DNA of 40,894 bases from Actinomycetes bacterium (GTDB taxonomy: Bacteria; Actinomycetota; Acidimicrobiia; Acidimicrobiales; JAJYPT01). The first letter of the stretch is position 1; each line of letters begins with the position of its first letter. The translations under genes and the position numbers were made by a program. Below the pieces are notes generated by a model, which saw only the letters and a list, made by a program, of their open reading frames with translations, made no database searches and was not told where the DNA came from. The stretch covers positions 1 to 40,894 of the forward strand of contig JAJYPT010000001.1 in assembly GCA_021795135.1 (NCBI GenBank), in the 5' to 3' direction. Of this stretch, positions 1-8,900 are shown piece after piece.

Positions 1-1
1 T

Positions 2-544
2 ATCGGCATGGGCGGAATAGGTACGGCTACCGCTCGGCTTTTTTCTCAAATAGGTATCAAAGTTTCAGGAATAAATAGAACAGGTAAGTCTGAGTTGGAA
101 TTTTTAGATCAAATATTTCCTCTAAACCAACTCCTAGCCGCCTTGTCCCAAAATGACATTATCGTGATGGCTCTTCCTTTGACAAAAGTGACAAAGAACC
201 TTATTGGAGCAAAAGAACTTCAAGCAATGAAAGATGATGCAATTTTTATCAATGTTGCAAGAGCCGCTATAATTAATCAACAAGATTTATTTAACCATCT
301 TAAAAATCATCCGAATTTCAAAGTAGGCATTGATACTTGGTGGATAGAACCCTTCCAACAACAAAAATTCGAATTAGAATTTCCCTTCCTTAGTCTAGAT
401 AATGTATTAGGATCCCCTCACAATTCAGCTATAGTAAAGGATTCCATTGCCTATGCCACTTCTCAAGCGGCTCTAAATGTAGCTTCTTACTTGAAAGGTG
501 AAGCTATTAGGGGAGAAATAACTAATGATGAATATCGTCTATAA
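2..544 (+). CDS. D-isomer-specific 2-hydroxyacid dehydrogenase family protein, C-terminal ~180 aa (5' end lies outside the window)
   Basis: Frame is open from the window edge. IGMGGIGTATA is a GxGxxG NAD-binding motif. Followed by NVARAAIINQ, DTWWIEP and SPHNSA (catalytic His region). Stop at 542-544. Confidence 0.8.
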   Translation: MGMGGIGTATARLFSQIGIKVSGINRTGKSELEFLDQIFPLNQLLAALSQNDIIVMALPLTKVTKNLIGAKELQAMKDDAIFINVARAAIINQQDLFNHLKNHPNFKVGIDTWWIEPFQQQKFELEFPFLSLDNVLGSPHNSAIVKDSIAYATSQAALNVASYLKGEAIRGEITNDEYRL

Positions 545-741
545 AATCAAAAGATTATGATTTGTTAAATGATCCCTATTTCAGTAACTGATAAAAGTTA
601 GATTTTAAGTTTTTAGCTGATTAAATTATTATTAGTAAAAGAAGTTGAATCTTTTAGTTTTTAATGTCTCTGGTTTTATGGAAACTAATCGGTTTGCAAG
701 CTTTCTTAGCATATAGATTGCTTCTGCTTGGGATTGACCTT

Positions 742-1515
742 CTAAAATTGGTTTTCAATTAGAGGTTTAACAGCAATATTTGCCTCATTGAATCCATTCC
801 GCAATGTTTTGGCAACTTTATGAGCGCCAGGTGTGTCTCCATGAATACAAATAGTTTGTATATCTACTGCAACTAACTCTCCTTCAATAGTTTGAATTTT
901 TTGTTCTTGTACCATAGTTATTGCTCGAGATACAATGCGGTCAATATCAGTTATAACCGCATGTGGAGAGGACCGTGGGACTAGTTGACCATTTCCAAGG
1001 TATTCGCGATCGGCATAGACTTCGTTTGCTACCTTTAATCCTTTATTGAGAGCAGCTTTAGTCAATTCTCCACCATAGGAAATAAAAATTAATTGCGGAT
1101 CAAAATCCCAAACTGCATCAACGATTGCTTGAGCCAAGTCCTTATCTTTTACAGCTAGATTATTCAATTGACCATGAGGTTTTACATGTTGCATCGATAA
1201 GTTTTGACTTTGTGTAAAAGCAAACAGGCTACCTATTTGATACAAGACATCGCTATAGGCTTCTTTATATGTAGTGGAAATATTTCTTCTGCCAAAACCA
1301 ACTAGATCAGCAAAACCCGGATGGGCACCCACTTTAACGCCATAATTTTTAGCCAAAGCTACCGTTTTTTGCATTACGATTGGATCTCCTGCATGAAATC
1401 CACAAGCTATATTTGCCGATGATATGTAGGGCATAATAGCTTCGTCATTTCCAATTTTGTATACCCCAAAGCTTTCTCCCATGTCGCAGTTGATGTCAAT
1501 TATATTTGTTGTCAT
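742..1515 (-). CDS. pxpA: 5-oxoprolinase subunit A (LamB/YcsF lactam-hydrolase family)
   Basis: N-terminus IDINCDMGESFG...ANIACGFHAGDP is typical of LamB/YcsF. Last gene of a co-oriented pxpB-pxpC-pxpA block. Confidence 0.9.
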   Translation of the reverse strand: MTTNIIDINCDMGESFGVYKIGNDEAIMPYISSANIACGFHAGDPIVMQKTVALAKNYGVKVGAHPGFADLVGFGRRNISTTYKEAYSDVLYQIGSLFAFTQSQNLSMQHVKPHGQLNNLAVKDKDLAQAIVDAVWDFDPQLIFISYGGELTKAALNKGLKVANEVYADREYLGNGQLVPRSSPHAVITDIDRIVSRAITMVQEQKIQTIEGELVAVDIQTICIHGDTPGAHKVAKTLRNGFNEANIAVKPLIENQF

Positions 1516-1557
1516 TTTTAAGATACTTTCTTAAATATAAGGTTGAAAGATAGTCAT

Positions 1558-2562
1558 TTAGAAGTGACTATATAGATGAAAACAAACAAAACGGCTATCT
1601 TTTGGATGCCCTTTTCTATAACGCTTATGCCAAATAATTCTTTTTTCACAAATGAAATCCTTCTCGGCTTGCCAAAGTTTTCTTGCTTGTTCAACTGAGG
1701 TAAGTTTAAATTTGATCGCAGTTCCAAGTTGGCGTTGTGCTACTCGATTGAGATCAACTGAAATTACTATTGCAATTACAGGATATCCTCCTAAAGTTCC
1801 CCTAGAAGAAAGCAGGAGTAAAAGAGAGCCTTCAGGAGTAAGTTCAATAGCTCCAGGCATCATACCTTCAGAAAGAACTGGAGGAGGAATTGGCGACAAG
1901 ACAGGATGAGTTTTTAACCGTATTCCCATTCGATTGCTGTCTAGCCCAATAATAAAATCTTGACTAAGGAATCCTTTCCATGTGTGATCTTTTAGTAGAT
2001 CTTTACGAGGGCCAGGTAAAACTCGAATAGGACTAAGATTATCCTTTGGGACTGCATCAACCAAACGTATCTCGTCATAGGGCCAATCTTTTTTGAGTGC
2101 GGTTGGCAAAACTGGAATATTATCTCCTTTTTCCAGTCGACGTCCAAAGAAGCCGCCAATTCCTGCCACAAGATCAGTGCTACGGCTTCCCATCACTGGC
2201 TCGACAGCTATCCCACCTTGTATACCAAGATAGGCATAGATACCATAAAATTTATTTAGGCGAACTATGCTTCCTTGTTCTACCCAAAATCCACTCCAAG
2301 AAGGTAAAAGGTCATCGCCTACCCATACCGATTCAACAGCACCTGTTACAGAAGCCCAAGTATCTTGTTCAAAGTAAAACTCCCCTGGTTGTAATATCAT
2401 TTCAATTGTAGCTGCTTGGGGGTTATTTCCTACTAAAAGATTAGCCCAGCTATGAGCAAAACGGTCTGCTGGTCCTCCAGAGGAAAATCCTAATGATTGA
2501 TACCCATATCGGCCTAAATCTTGAATTATGCTTTGAGAACCTGGATGCAAAATCCTTATCAT
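1558..2562 (-). CDS. pxpC: 5-oxoprolinase subunit C (KipA / allophanate-hydrolase-subunit-2 family)
   Basis: MIRILHPGSQSIIQDLGRYGYQSLGFSSGGPADRFAHSWANLLVGN matches the KipA-type N-terminus. I place the start at ATG 2562-2560, which overlaps the pxpB stop as ATGA. The longer track ORF (to 2595) is probably an artefactual extension. Confidence 0.88.
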   Translation of the reverse strand: MIRILHPGSQSIIQDLGRYGYQSLGFSSGGPADRFAHSWANLLVGNNPQAATIEMILQPGEFYFEQDTWASVTGAVESVWVGDDLLPSWSGFWVEQGSIVRLNKFYGIYAYLGIQGGIAVEPVMGSRSTDLVAGIGGFFGRRLEKGDNIPVLPTALKKDWPYDEIRLVDAVPKDNLSPIRVLPGPRKDLLKDHTWKGFLSQDFIIGLDSNRMGIRLKTHPVLSPIPPPVLSEGMMPGAIELTPEGSLLLLLSSRGTLGGYPVIAIVISVDLNRVAQRQLGTAIKFKLTSVEQARKLWQAEKDFICEKRIIWHKRYRKGHPKDSRFVCFHLYSHF

Positions 2563-3287
2563 CCAATTCCTCCTTCCCATAACCAATCTGGCCACTCATC
2601 TACTTGAAGAGATTTATCATGTAGAATTTCGAAATAAGTAGATTCGTTAATTGGTTGAAATTGTATCAAATCAGATGGTTTATATGGAATAGGTTGAGCA
2701 AGATGAGGTCGGAATAGACTCAAAGGAGTCCGACCAACAATTTGCCATCCCCCAGGTGTTTCTAGTACATAAATACCGCTTTGCTGTTCGGCAATACCAA
2801 CAGATCCTGCTGGAACTCGAGACCGAGGAGTGGCTTTACGAGGGGTCTTTATAGCAGCATGAACTTGACCCAGAAAAGGAAACCCAGGGGAAAACCCTAA
2901 ACAATAAACACGATAATAACGTCGCGAATGTAATTCGACTACAGTTTCGGCGTCTATATTATTATATAGCCCAACTTCTTGGAGATCTGGTCCATATTTT
3001 CCACCATATAGAACCGGAATAGTAACATGACGCACTGTAGATTGATCATTTTTTGTTGTAATTAGAGCTTGTTGGACTAATTGATCCCAATCTAGTGATT
3101 CTATATCCGGTTGAAAAATTACAAGAACAGTACTGTAGCCACTAATTACATCAATTACCGACGATAAGGTAGTTTTTATATATCTTGCAAGGAGGTGGAC
3201 TTTGTCATTAATGTCTGGGTCCATTATAGTGCCAAGTTCAATGAGGACTCCACTATCTCCCATTTGAAACACTGTCCAACTTTTCAT
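2559..3287 (-). CDS. pxpB: 5-oxoprolinase subunit B (KipI / allophanate-hydrolase-subunit-1 family)
   Basis: About 240 aa. N-terminal MGDSGVLIELG...VISGYSTVLVIF pattern and C-terminal cyclophilin-like GGWQIVGRTP motif of the KipI family. Coupled to pxpC. Confidence 0.88.
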   Translation of the reverse strand: MKSWTVFQMGDSGVLIELGTIMDPDINDKVHLLARYIKTTLSSVIDVISGYSTVLVIFQPDIESLDWDQLVQQALITTKNDQSTVRHVTIPVLYGGKYGPDLQEVGLYNNIDAETVVELHSRRYYRVYCLGFSPGFPFLGQVHAAIKTPRKATPRSRVPAGSVGIAEQQSGIYVLETPGGWQIVGRTPLSLFRPHLAQPIPYKPSDLIQFQPINESTYFEILHDKSLQVDEWPDWLWEGGIG

Positions 3288-3292
3288 AGCCC

Positions 3293-4081
3293 CTACTCAA
3301 TAGTTGTTAGATTACAAATTTTATCTACAGGCCAGTCACTAACAAACATATGACCAGGAGCATGGGTTATGGCAATAGGAGGACGCGAACGTATAATGGC
3401 GGATTGAGAGGTTACACCGCAAGCCCAAAAAATAGGTACAACATCATCTATTGGAGGTTTATAAAAATCTCCCCATTCAGGACGTGCTATATTGTCTATC
3501 CCAAGGGAATTGGAAAATCCTATAGCCACAGGAGCACCATGGGCAAGTGGAAACTGGCTAGTAATCGATTTAGCTAAACTTACTTGTTCGGTATTGATCC
3601 ACCTCATAGATACCACAAGTTCGCCTGACCATCTAGGAGTTGGTGTAGTTTCTAGTTTGGTTCTATACATAGGAACATTTTTTCCATGTTCTAAATGCCA
3701 TAGATGAATTCCAGCATTTTCTAAAACTATTTCAGTACTAAAGCTACATCCTAATAATGCCCAAACCCAATCATCTTCCCATAGGTTTTGTATATCTAGA
3801 GCTGTTTGTTCTAATATGCCATTTCTATATACCCAATATTTTGCTACGTCATGACGTATGTCTGAATCTTTGGCCAAGATATCCACCCTAGGATCTCCTA
3901 CCTTTCCATGGCCCAGCACAGGCAAAGGTTGGCTGTTCAAATGACAATATTGCAAAAATTCATTCATCCAAAGTTGAGGCAAAATTACTAGGTTGGCTTG
4001 TAAATATCCTTTGCATGTACCACTCGTTGGCCCAGTCCAAAATTTTGTTCTAATTTTAGAGCGAAGCTGACTAGGATCCAT
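3293..4081 (-). CDS. DUF1445 / YcsI-type putative hydro-lyase (D-glutamate-cyclase-like)
   Basis: 262 aa. N-terminal FWTGPTSGTCKGYLQANLVILP is characteristic of UPF0317/DUF1445. Same position as ycsI in the B. subtilis ycsF-ycsG-ycsI-kipI-kipA operon. Confidence 0.8.
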   Translation of the reverse strand: MDPSQLRSKIRTKFWTGPTSGTCKGYLQANLVILPQLWMNEFLQYCHLNSQPLPVLGHGKVGDPRVDILAKDSDIRHDVAKYWVYRNGILEQTALDIQNLWEDDWVWALLGCSFSTEIVLENAGIHLWHLEHGKNVPMYRTKLETTPTPRWSGELVVSMRWINTEQVSLAKSITSQFPLAHGAPVAIGFSNSLGIDNIARPEWGDFYKPPIDDVVPIFWACGVTSQSAIIRSRPPIAITHAPGHMFVSDWPVDKICNLTTIE

Positions 4082-4092
4082 TGTGTTAGTTA

Positions 4093-5664
4093 TTATTTTT
4101 CTATTGGAGATACGGTATTTGGAGAATTAGAACTTTGGGATGAATTATTTAGCTGTCTAGGCTCGTCCTTGCACATGTCATGACAATGTCCTTCTGAAGC
4201 ACAACATACTGAACATAGTGTTGCTTGATGAAAAGGACACTCTACCATGTCCGTTGATTCAAATTGATCACTACATTTGCTACAAGGCAATAAAGACATA
4301 TGACCAGGTTCTAACTGGGCAGTACTTTGGATCCTATATGAGCTACCACGGGAAATCATGGCTATGATTGGAGGAAGAAACAGACCCAAAGTTGCAGATA
4401 CAAAAGGAGCAAAGGTTTGACCTTTTGGACCTGCTGCTCCAAAAGCAAGCGGAACTGAAATAATCAAAGCAATAATCAAAGATCCAATTCCAACTATATT
4501 AAATTGTGGCAAAAAAGCTCTTTTGTATTCATATCCAGCAGGACTAAGTTTCAAAAGCCATTTATTGAACAAAGTATCTGAGATAACAGACATAGCCCAA
4601 GCAATGATAAAAACACCTTCGAATGTAAGGATTTGAAGCATATGAGCAAATATGTTCCCCATCATTAAAATCGTTCCAAAAATAGCAGTCAATATTCCCC
4701 ACCATTGGCGTCCGGGAGTAAAGTGAAAAACTCGCGAAAAGAAGTTTGCATATGCAAGTGAACCACTATATACATTGATGGAATTAATTCTAACTTGGGT
4801 AATCAAGACAATAAGAACCCCACCTGTTCCTAAAATAGAGGTGAAATAAATCCCTGGATTACTTTGATGAAGCTCTAGTCCAAAATAAGAACCAAGCAGT
4901 ACCACTCCTAAAAAAGTTATTATCATCACTACATAACCATTGAAAAAAGAACCTATTGTTCTATCTTTGGAACGAACAAAACGTCCCAAGTCGGCCCCTT
5001 GGGTGCCCATACTAATAAGGGCAAATACTGTAGCTGCTAGTTGAAGCAAAACTGGCCCTGCTGTAGTAGAAGCAGCAGTTGATGGATGATAACTAAGCCA
5101 TGGAATGGGCCTAGGGACGTGGCTAGCATGATACCAAACTATCGCTACAGCTATTAGATAAATAGGCAAAGTAATCCACATAAGCCAATTTAGGAATTTC
5201 ATACCCCAAGTGGCTAAGATAATAAAACCAATACCAATTATAATTTCCCATACTAGGGAGGAAATATGAGGCAAGGTAGTATGTAGAGCTCCAACCAATA
5301 TGGATCCTTCAAATGCAAAGAACATAACATAATTAAAGCTATAAATAATAGATGCAATAGCAGAACCCATAAATCCATAGCCACTACCACGAGTAATTAG
5401 ATCACTATCTAAACCAGTTTTAGAGCCAATCCAGCTAAAGAAAAAACCAACGGAACCAATAAATACAACCCCAAAAACCATTCCCCAAATAGTAGGTATG
5501 GTTCCATATTTTAATGTCAGCTCACTGCCCCAAGATAAAAAGAACATAGCTGTTGAAACACCAATTAGAACATTAAAAATACTAGACCAATGCCAAAGAC
5601 GAAAACTTTGGGGTACATATCGCAAAGCATAGTCCTCACGACGATCAAGATTGGATTGTTCCAT
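4093..5664 (-). CDS. Purine-cytosine-permease-like (NCS1 superfamily) transporter with a Cys/His-rich C-terminal tail
   Basis: 523 aa, about 12 hydrophobic segments. N-terminal RYVPQSFRLWHWSSIF and the overall layout resemble CodB-type permeases. AGGAG Shine-Dalgarno upstream of ATG 5664. The last ~65 aa are soluble and carry 8 Cys and 3 His. Confidence 0.7.
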   Translation of the reverse strand: MEQSNLDRREDYALRYVPQSFRLWHWSSIFNVLIGVSTAMFFLSWGSELTLKYGTIPTIWGMVFGVVFIGSVGFFFSWIGSKTGLDSDLITRGSGYGFMGSAIASIIYSFNYVMFFAFEGSILVGALHTTLPHISSLVWEIIIGIGFIILATWGMKFLNWLMWITLPIYLIAVAIVWYHASHVPRPIPWLSYHPSTAASTTAGPVLLQLAATVFALISMGTQGADLGRFVRSKDRTIGSFFNGYVVMIITFLGVVLLGSYFGLELHQSNPGIYFTSILGTGGVLIVLITQVRINSINVYSGSLAYANFFSRVFHFTPGRQWWGILTAIFGTILMMGNIFAHMLQILTFEGVFIIAWAMSVISDTLFNKWLLKLSPAGYEYKRAFLPQFNIVGIGSLIIALIISVPLAFGAAGPKGQTFAPFVSATLGLFLPPIIAMISRGSSYRIQSTAQLEPGHMSLLPCSKCSDQFESTDMVECPFHQATLCSVCCASEGHCHDMCKDEPRQLNNSSQSSNSPNTVSPIEK

Positions 5665-6077
5665 TTTGAAATCTCCTAAGGTGGAACTCTACATGTGTTA
5701 TGTTTGCAACCAATACTAGGGAGCTTTTGGCTAAATATTTTAAACAAAAAACTTTTAAATTAAAATAAAGTTTAAATAATAAATTTCCTTACAATCAAGG
5801 CCAATAATATACAAAAGATACACATTATTTATTACAAACTCACATCTAAGTTGTAACAGCTTTATTAATTAAATTATTATAAAATCCCAGTTCTAATCCT
5901 GACTTTCGCACTTGTATGAACAAAGCATGGTTTTACCCTAAAGGGGCCATCAACACTAATGGATACCAACCCCTATTGTTAGGTCATATTTTTATTGACC
6001 AATTGAGACATAGAAAAATCGTGAGTGTCGAATATGGACAGCAAGTAGAAAACGCAGTTTAGGTATAAATTTCAATC

Positions 6078-6527
6078 TTAGCGTTTTTTCAATAAGAAAA
6101 TACTAAAATAATCTCCACTAGAATCAAAATCAACACAAGTCAATAATTCTGTATCGGGAATGTATAATTTAGATTTGATCCCTTGGCTAACCGTGGGTAA
6201 TGACAAAGCTGTTGGCTCCGGCAATATTGACTTTATGTTACCTCCTACCATATTTACTAACTCGCCCATAGCATCAGATACTTCTTCTTCAGAGATATCT
6301 TCTATTTCAATTCCAAACATAGAGGCGGTAGTTTTTTGAGCCAAGGTATATGTAGAACGTAATACTACTGCTCCATTCCAGCTCCCACTTATATGAATAG
6401 AACCAGATATAGTATTGCCTTCATAAGTTTTTGCTTTGCTAATAGCTATATCATCTCCTAAAGATATCCATACATCAAAAGCAATCTGAATAATTTGATC
6501 TTTGAGATCATTTTCGTTGAGTATCAT
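6078..6527 (-). CDS. cheX: CheX-like CheY-P phosphatase (CheC/CheX/FliY family)
   Basis: 149 aa. SDAMGELVNMVGG fits the D/S-x3-E-x2-N phosphatase motif. ATGA overlap with the cheR stop. Confidence 0.75.
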   Translation of the reverse strand: MILNENDLKDQIIQIAFDVWISLGDDIAISKAKTYEGNTISGSIHISGSWNGAVVLRSTYTLAQKTTASMFGIEIEDISEEEVSDAMGELVNMVGGNIKSILPEPTALSLPTVSQGIKSKLYIPDTELLTCVDFDSSGDYFSIFLLKKR

Positions 6528-7360
6528 TTTTCCCCAATTTTGTTAACCAATCTATAACATGATGCAGAGCCCATTTTTACTCTTTCATAAGCATGATCAA
6601 GCATTATAGGAGTTTCCGCCGAACCCAAAAATAACCATCCATCTCGACGCAAGTGATTTTTAAGTTGAGCTAATATTTGTCTTTTTGTTTCGTTAGAAAA
6701 ATAAATTAAAACGTTGCGCAAAAAAACAACATCAAACTTTTCTGCCAGAGTCCAAGTTTGAGCTAAGTTCATGGTTTTAAACTCAACTTGAGTACGGATA
6801 GAATCTTGTAGCTGCCATTCTCTTCCAATTTTTTTGAAGTATTTAACTAAGTAAGCAGCAGGAAGGCCTCGGCTTACTTCTAACTGAGTGAAAATACCAC
6901 CTTTGGCTCTTGCCAATATCTCCGTATTTATATCGGTACCTAATATAGTTAATTTCCAATCAGCCAAAATAGGAAATTTCTCCCTCAAAAGCAAAGCTAT
7001 ACTATAAGCTTCTTGTCCAGAAGAACAAGCAGCACTCCAAATTTTCAAAGTGCGAGTAAGTTCATTGGATTTGATCAAATTAGGGATAATGTCACTTTCT
7101 AGGGCATCAAAAGGAGATTTGTCTCTAAAAAATGAGGTTTCATTGGTAGTCAAAGCCTCTACTACATTTGTATGCAAAGAAGATGTTCTTGCTTGTTTTA
7201 ATATTTTTACTAATTCAGCTATAGAACTTGCACCCAATTGACGGAGCAAAGGTGCCAGTCTAGATTCAACAAGATATTCCTTGCCATCTTCTAAAACTAT
7301 TGCTGAATTTTTATTTACCAATTCCCGCACATAATTAAAATCTTGAGATGTCAATGTCAT
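6524..7360 (-). CDS. cheR: Chemotaxis protein methyltransferase CheR
   Basis: N-terminal all-helical CheR domain (FNYVRELV...). TNETSFFRD and SAM-binding KIWSAACSSGQEAYSIA...VFLRNVLIYF. Confidence 0.9.
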   Translation of the reverse strand: MTLTSQDFNYVRELVNKNSAIVLEDGKEYLVESRLAPLLRQLGASSIAELVKILKQARTSSLHTNVVEALTTNETSFFRDKSPFDALESDIIPNLIKSNELTRTLKIWSAACSSGQEAYSIALLLREKFPILADWKLTILGTDINTEILARAKGGIFTQLEVSRGLPAAYLVKYFKKIGREWQLQDSIRTQVEFKTMNLAQTWTLAEKFDVVFLRNVLIYFSNETKRQILAQLKNHLRRDGWLFLGSAETPIMLDHAYERVKMGSASCYRLVNKIGEK

Positions 7361-8529
7361 AAAGCAAGACCTAATTTAGATTTTTCACTGGATAATTTAA
7401 TGAGTTCTTTAGCAATATTTTCAAGCGACATAACACCACATGCAATCCCAGCTTTAGCAACATATCCAGGCATACCCCAAACGACAGAAGTTTCTGCGTC
7501 TTGAGCTAGTACCATTCCACCTGCTTCATAAATATTTCTAGCTCCTCGCAAACCATCTTGACCCATACCAGTCAAAACCACTCCAAGAGAATTTTGACCA
7601 TATAGAGCTGCTACAGAACGAAACAAAACATCAACTGAGGGTCGGCATGAATTTTCAGGAGGAGATTCCAAAAGTACTGTTTGAACTTGAGATCCAACTG
7701 ATTTAAGACCTAAATGGAGACCACCTGGAGCAATTAGAATTCTTCCAGGCTTTATGCTGATGCCAGCTTGTGCCTCACGAATTTCTAATTCACATTTTTT
7801 ATCTAGTCGCTCTGCTAAAAGACGAGTAAACATAGGAGGCATATGTTGGACAATCACTATTGGAATTTCAAAGTCTTTAGGCAACTTTGGCAATAGTTCC
7901 CCAAGTGCATTAGGCCCTCCCGTAGAGACCCCTATGGCTATTATGTTTATACTGGGAGTAGGAAGATACTTTGGAGCCAACCTAATTGAATCAGAACCAC
8001 CTAGTAAGGGTTCAAAACCTTCACTTGCGTCTTTACCAATTGGTCTAAAAGATTGATCTTTTTCTGGTTTAAAGATCTTAGATGCCACAATATTTGTTCG
8101 TTGTAGATCAACATTTTTGGAATGTTTGACTAATGCTCTCAGTTTAGGAACTAAATCGGTAGAAATGTGTTCCATTGCTTCTTTTAGTCCATGAGTCTGA
8201 GTAGGTTTAGTAGCATAATCACTTGCACCAGCAGATAAGGCTTCCAAGGTAATAAGTCCACCTTTTTCTGTTAGGGTAGAAAACATAACCACCGGAAGCT
8301 TTAGATAGGTTTTTCTTATCTCTCGTATTGTCTCCAAGCCATCCATTTCTGGCATTTCAACATCTAGAGTTAGAATATCTGGGTTGAGTTGAGCTATCTT
8401 AGTTAGAGCAATTTTCCCATTTGCAGCAGACCCAACCACTTCCATATCTTGAGTATTATTGATAACCTGAGTAACTATTTTTCGTACTACAACTGAGTCA
8501 TCAACTACCATAACTCTTATCAAAGACAT
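7357..8529 (-). CDS. cheB: Chemotaxis response regulator protein-glutamate methylesterase CheB
   Basis: REC domain (VVDDS...LTLDVEMPEMDG...KP) plus a methylesterase domain with GVSTGGP, VQHMPPMFT and GMGQDG, the catalytic Ser/His/Asp contexts. Confidence 0.92.
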   Translation of the reverse strand: MSLIRVMVVDDSVVVRKIVTQVINNTQDMEVVGSAANGKIALTKIAQLNPDILTLDVEMPEMDGLETIREIRKTYLKLPVVMFSTLTEKGGLITLEALSAGASDYATKPTQTHGLKEAMEHISTDLVPKLRALVKHSKNVDLQRTNIVASKIFKPEKDQSFRPIGKDASEGFEPLLGGSDSIRLAPKYLPTPSINIIAIGVSTGGPNALGELLPKLPKDFEIPIVIVQHMPPMFTRLLAERLDKKCELEIREAQAGISIKPGRILIAPGGLHLGLKSVGSQVQTVLLESPPENSCRPSVDVLFRSVAALYGQNSLGVVLTGMGQDGLRGARNIYEAGGMVLAQDAETSVVWGMPGYVAKAGIACGVMSLENIAKELIKLSSEKSKLGLAL

Positions 8530-8897
8530 ACTGGCTCAACCCCCAACAGAATTAATTTTTCCAAAAAAGCTTCCCTGTCAAAAGGTTTCAAAAGATATTC
8601 ATCAGCGCCTGCTTCTAGAGCTTTTGCCATTTGTTTGATGTCAGATTCTGTAGTTATCATCATAATTCGAACCGAATCAAAAAATGGGACTTGCCTTATA
8701 GCTTCTACCAACTCCAAACCATCCATTTGAGGCATGTTCCAATCCACTAATACCAAGTCAGGACGTCCCATAGAACGTAATTTTTCTAAAGCATCTAGCC
8801 CATGTTCGGCCTGGATTATTTCAAAATCAAAATCTTTTAAGATTCGACCAATTATAGATCTCATGGCTTTGGAATCATCTACTACTAGTACTTTCAC
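8520..8897 (-). CDS. cheY: Single-domain response regulator, CheY-like
   Basis: 125 aa. DD (VVDDS), phospho-acceptor D in LVDWNMPQMDG, T in ITTES and K in LLKPF are all present. 10-nt overlap with cheB. Confidence 0.85.
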   Translation of the reverse strand: MKVLVVDDSKAMRSIIGRILKDFDFEIIQAEHGLDALEKLRSMGRPDLVLVDWNMPQMDGLELVEAIRQVPFFDSVRIMMITTESDIKQMAKALEAGADEYLLKPFDREAFLEKLILLGVEPVCL

Positions 8898-8900
8898 TTC

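Noticed and set aside
2563-2595. N-terminal extensions of track ORFs: pxpC to 2595, eno to 34191, ftsB to 32909, MCP to 10757, pabB to 24138, GNAT to 30992
   Set aside because: The extensions begin at weak TTG/GTG codons without a Shine-Dalgarno, overlap the upstream gene, or add residues absent from the family N-termini. Downstream starts have better Shine-Dalgarno sequences or ATGA coupling.
5916-6062. 48-codon plus-strand ORF (MNKAWFYPKGAINTNGYQPLLLGHIFIDQLRHRKIVSVEYGQQVENAV) in the large intergenic gap
   Set aside because: It has no Shine-Dalgarno upstream, no family I recognise and no partner gene. It could be a gene remnant, but the evidence is insufficient. It is kept only as part of the intergenic finding.
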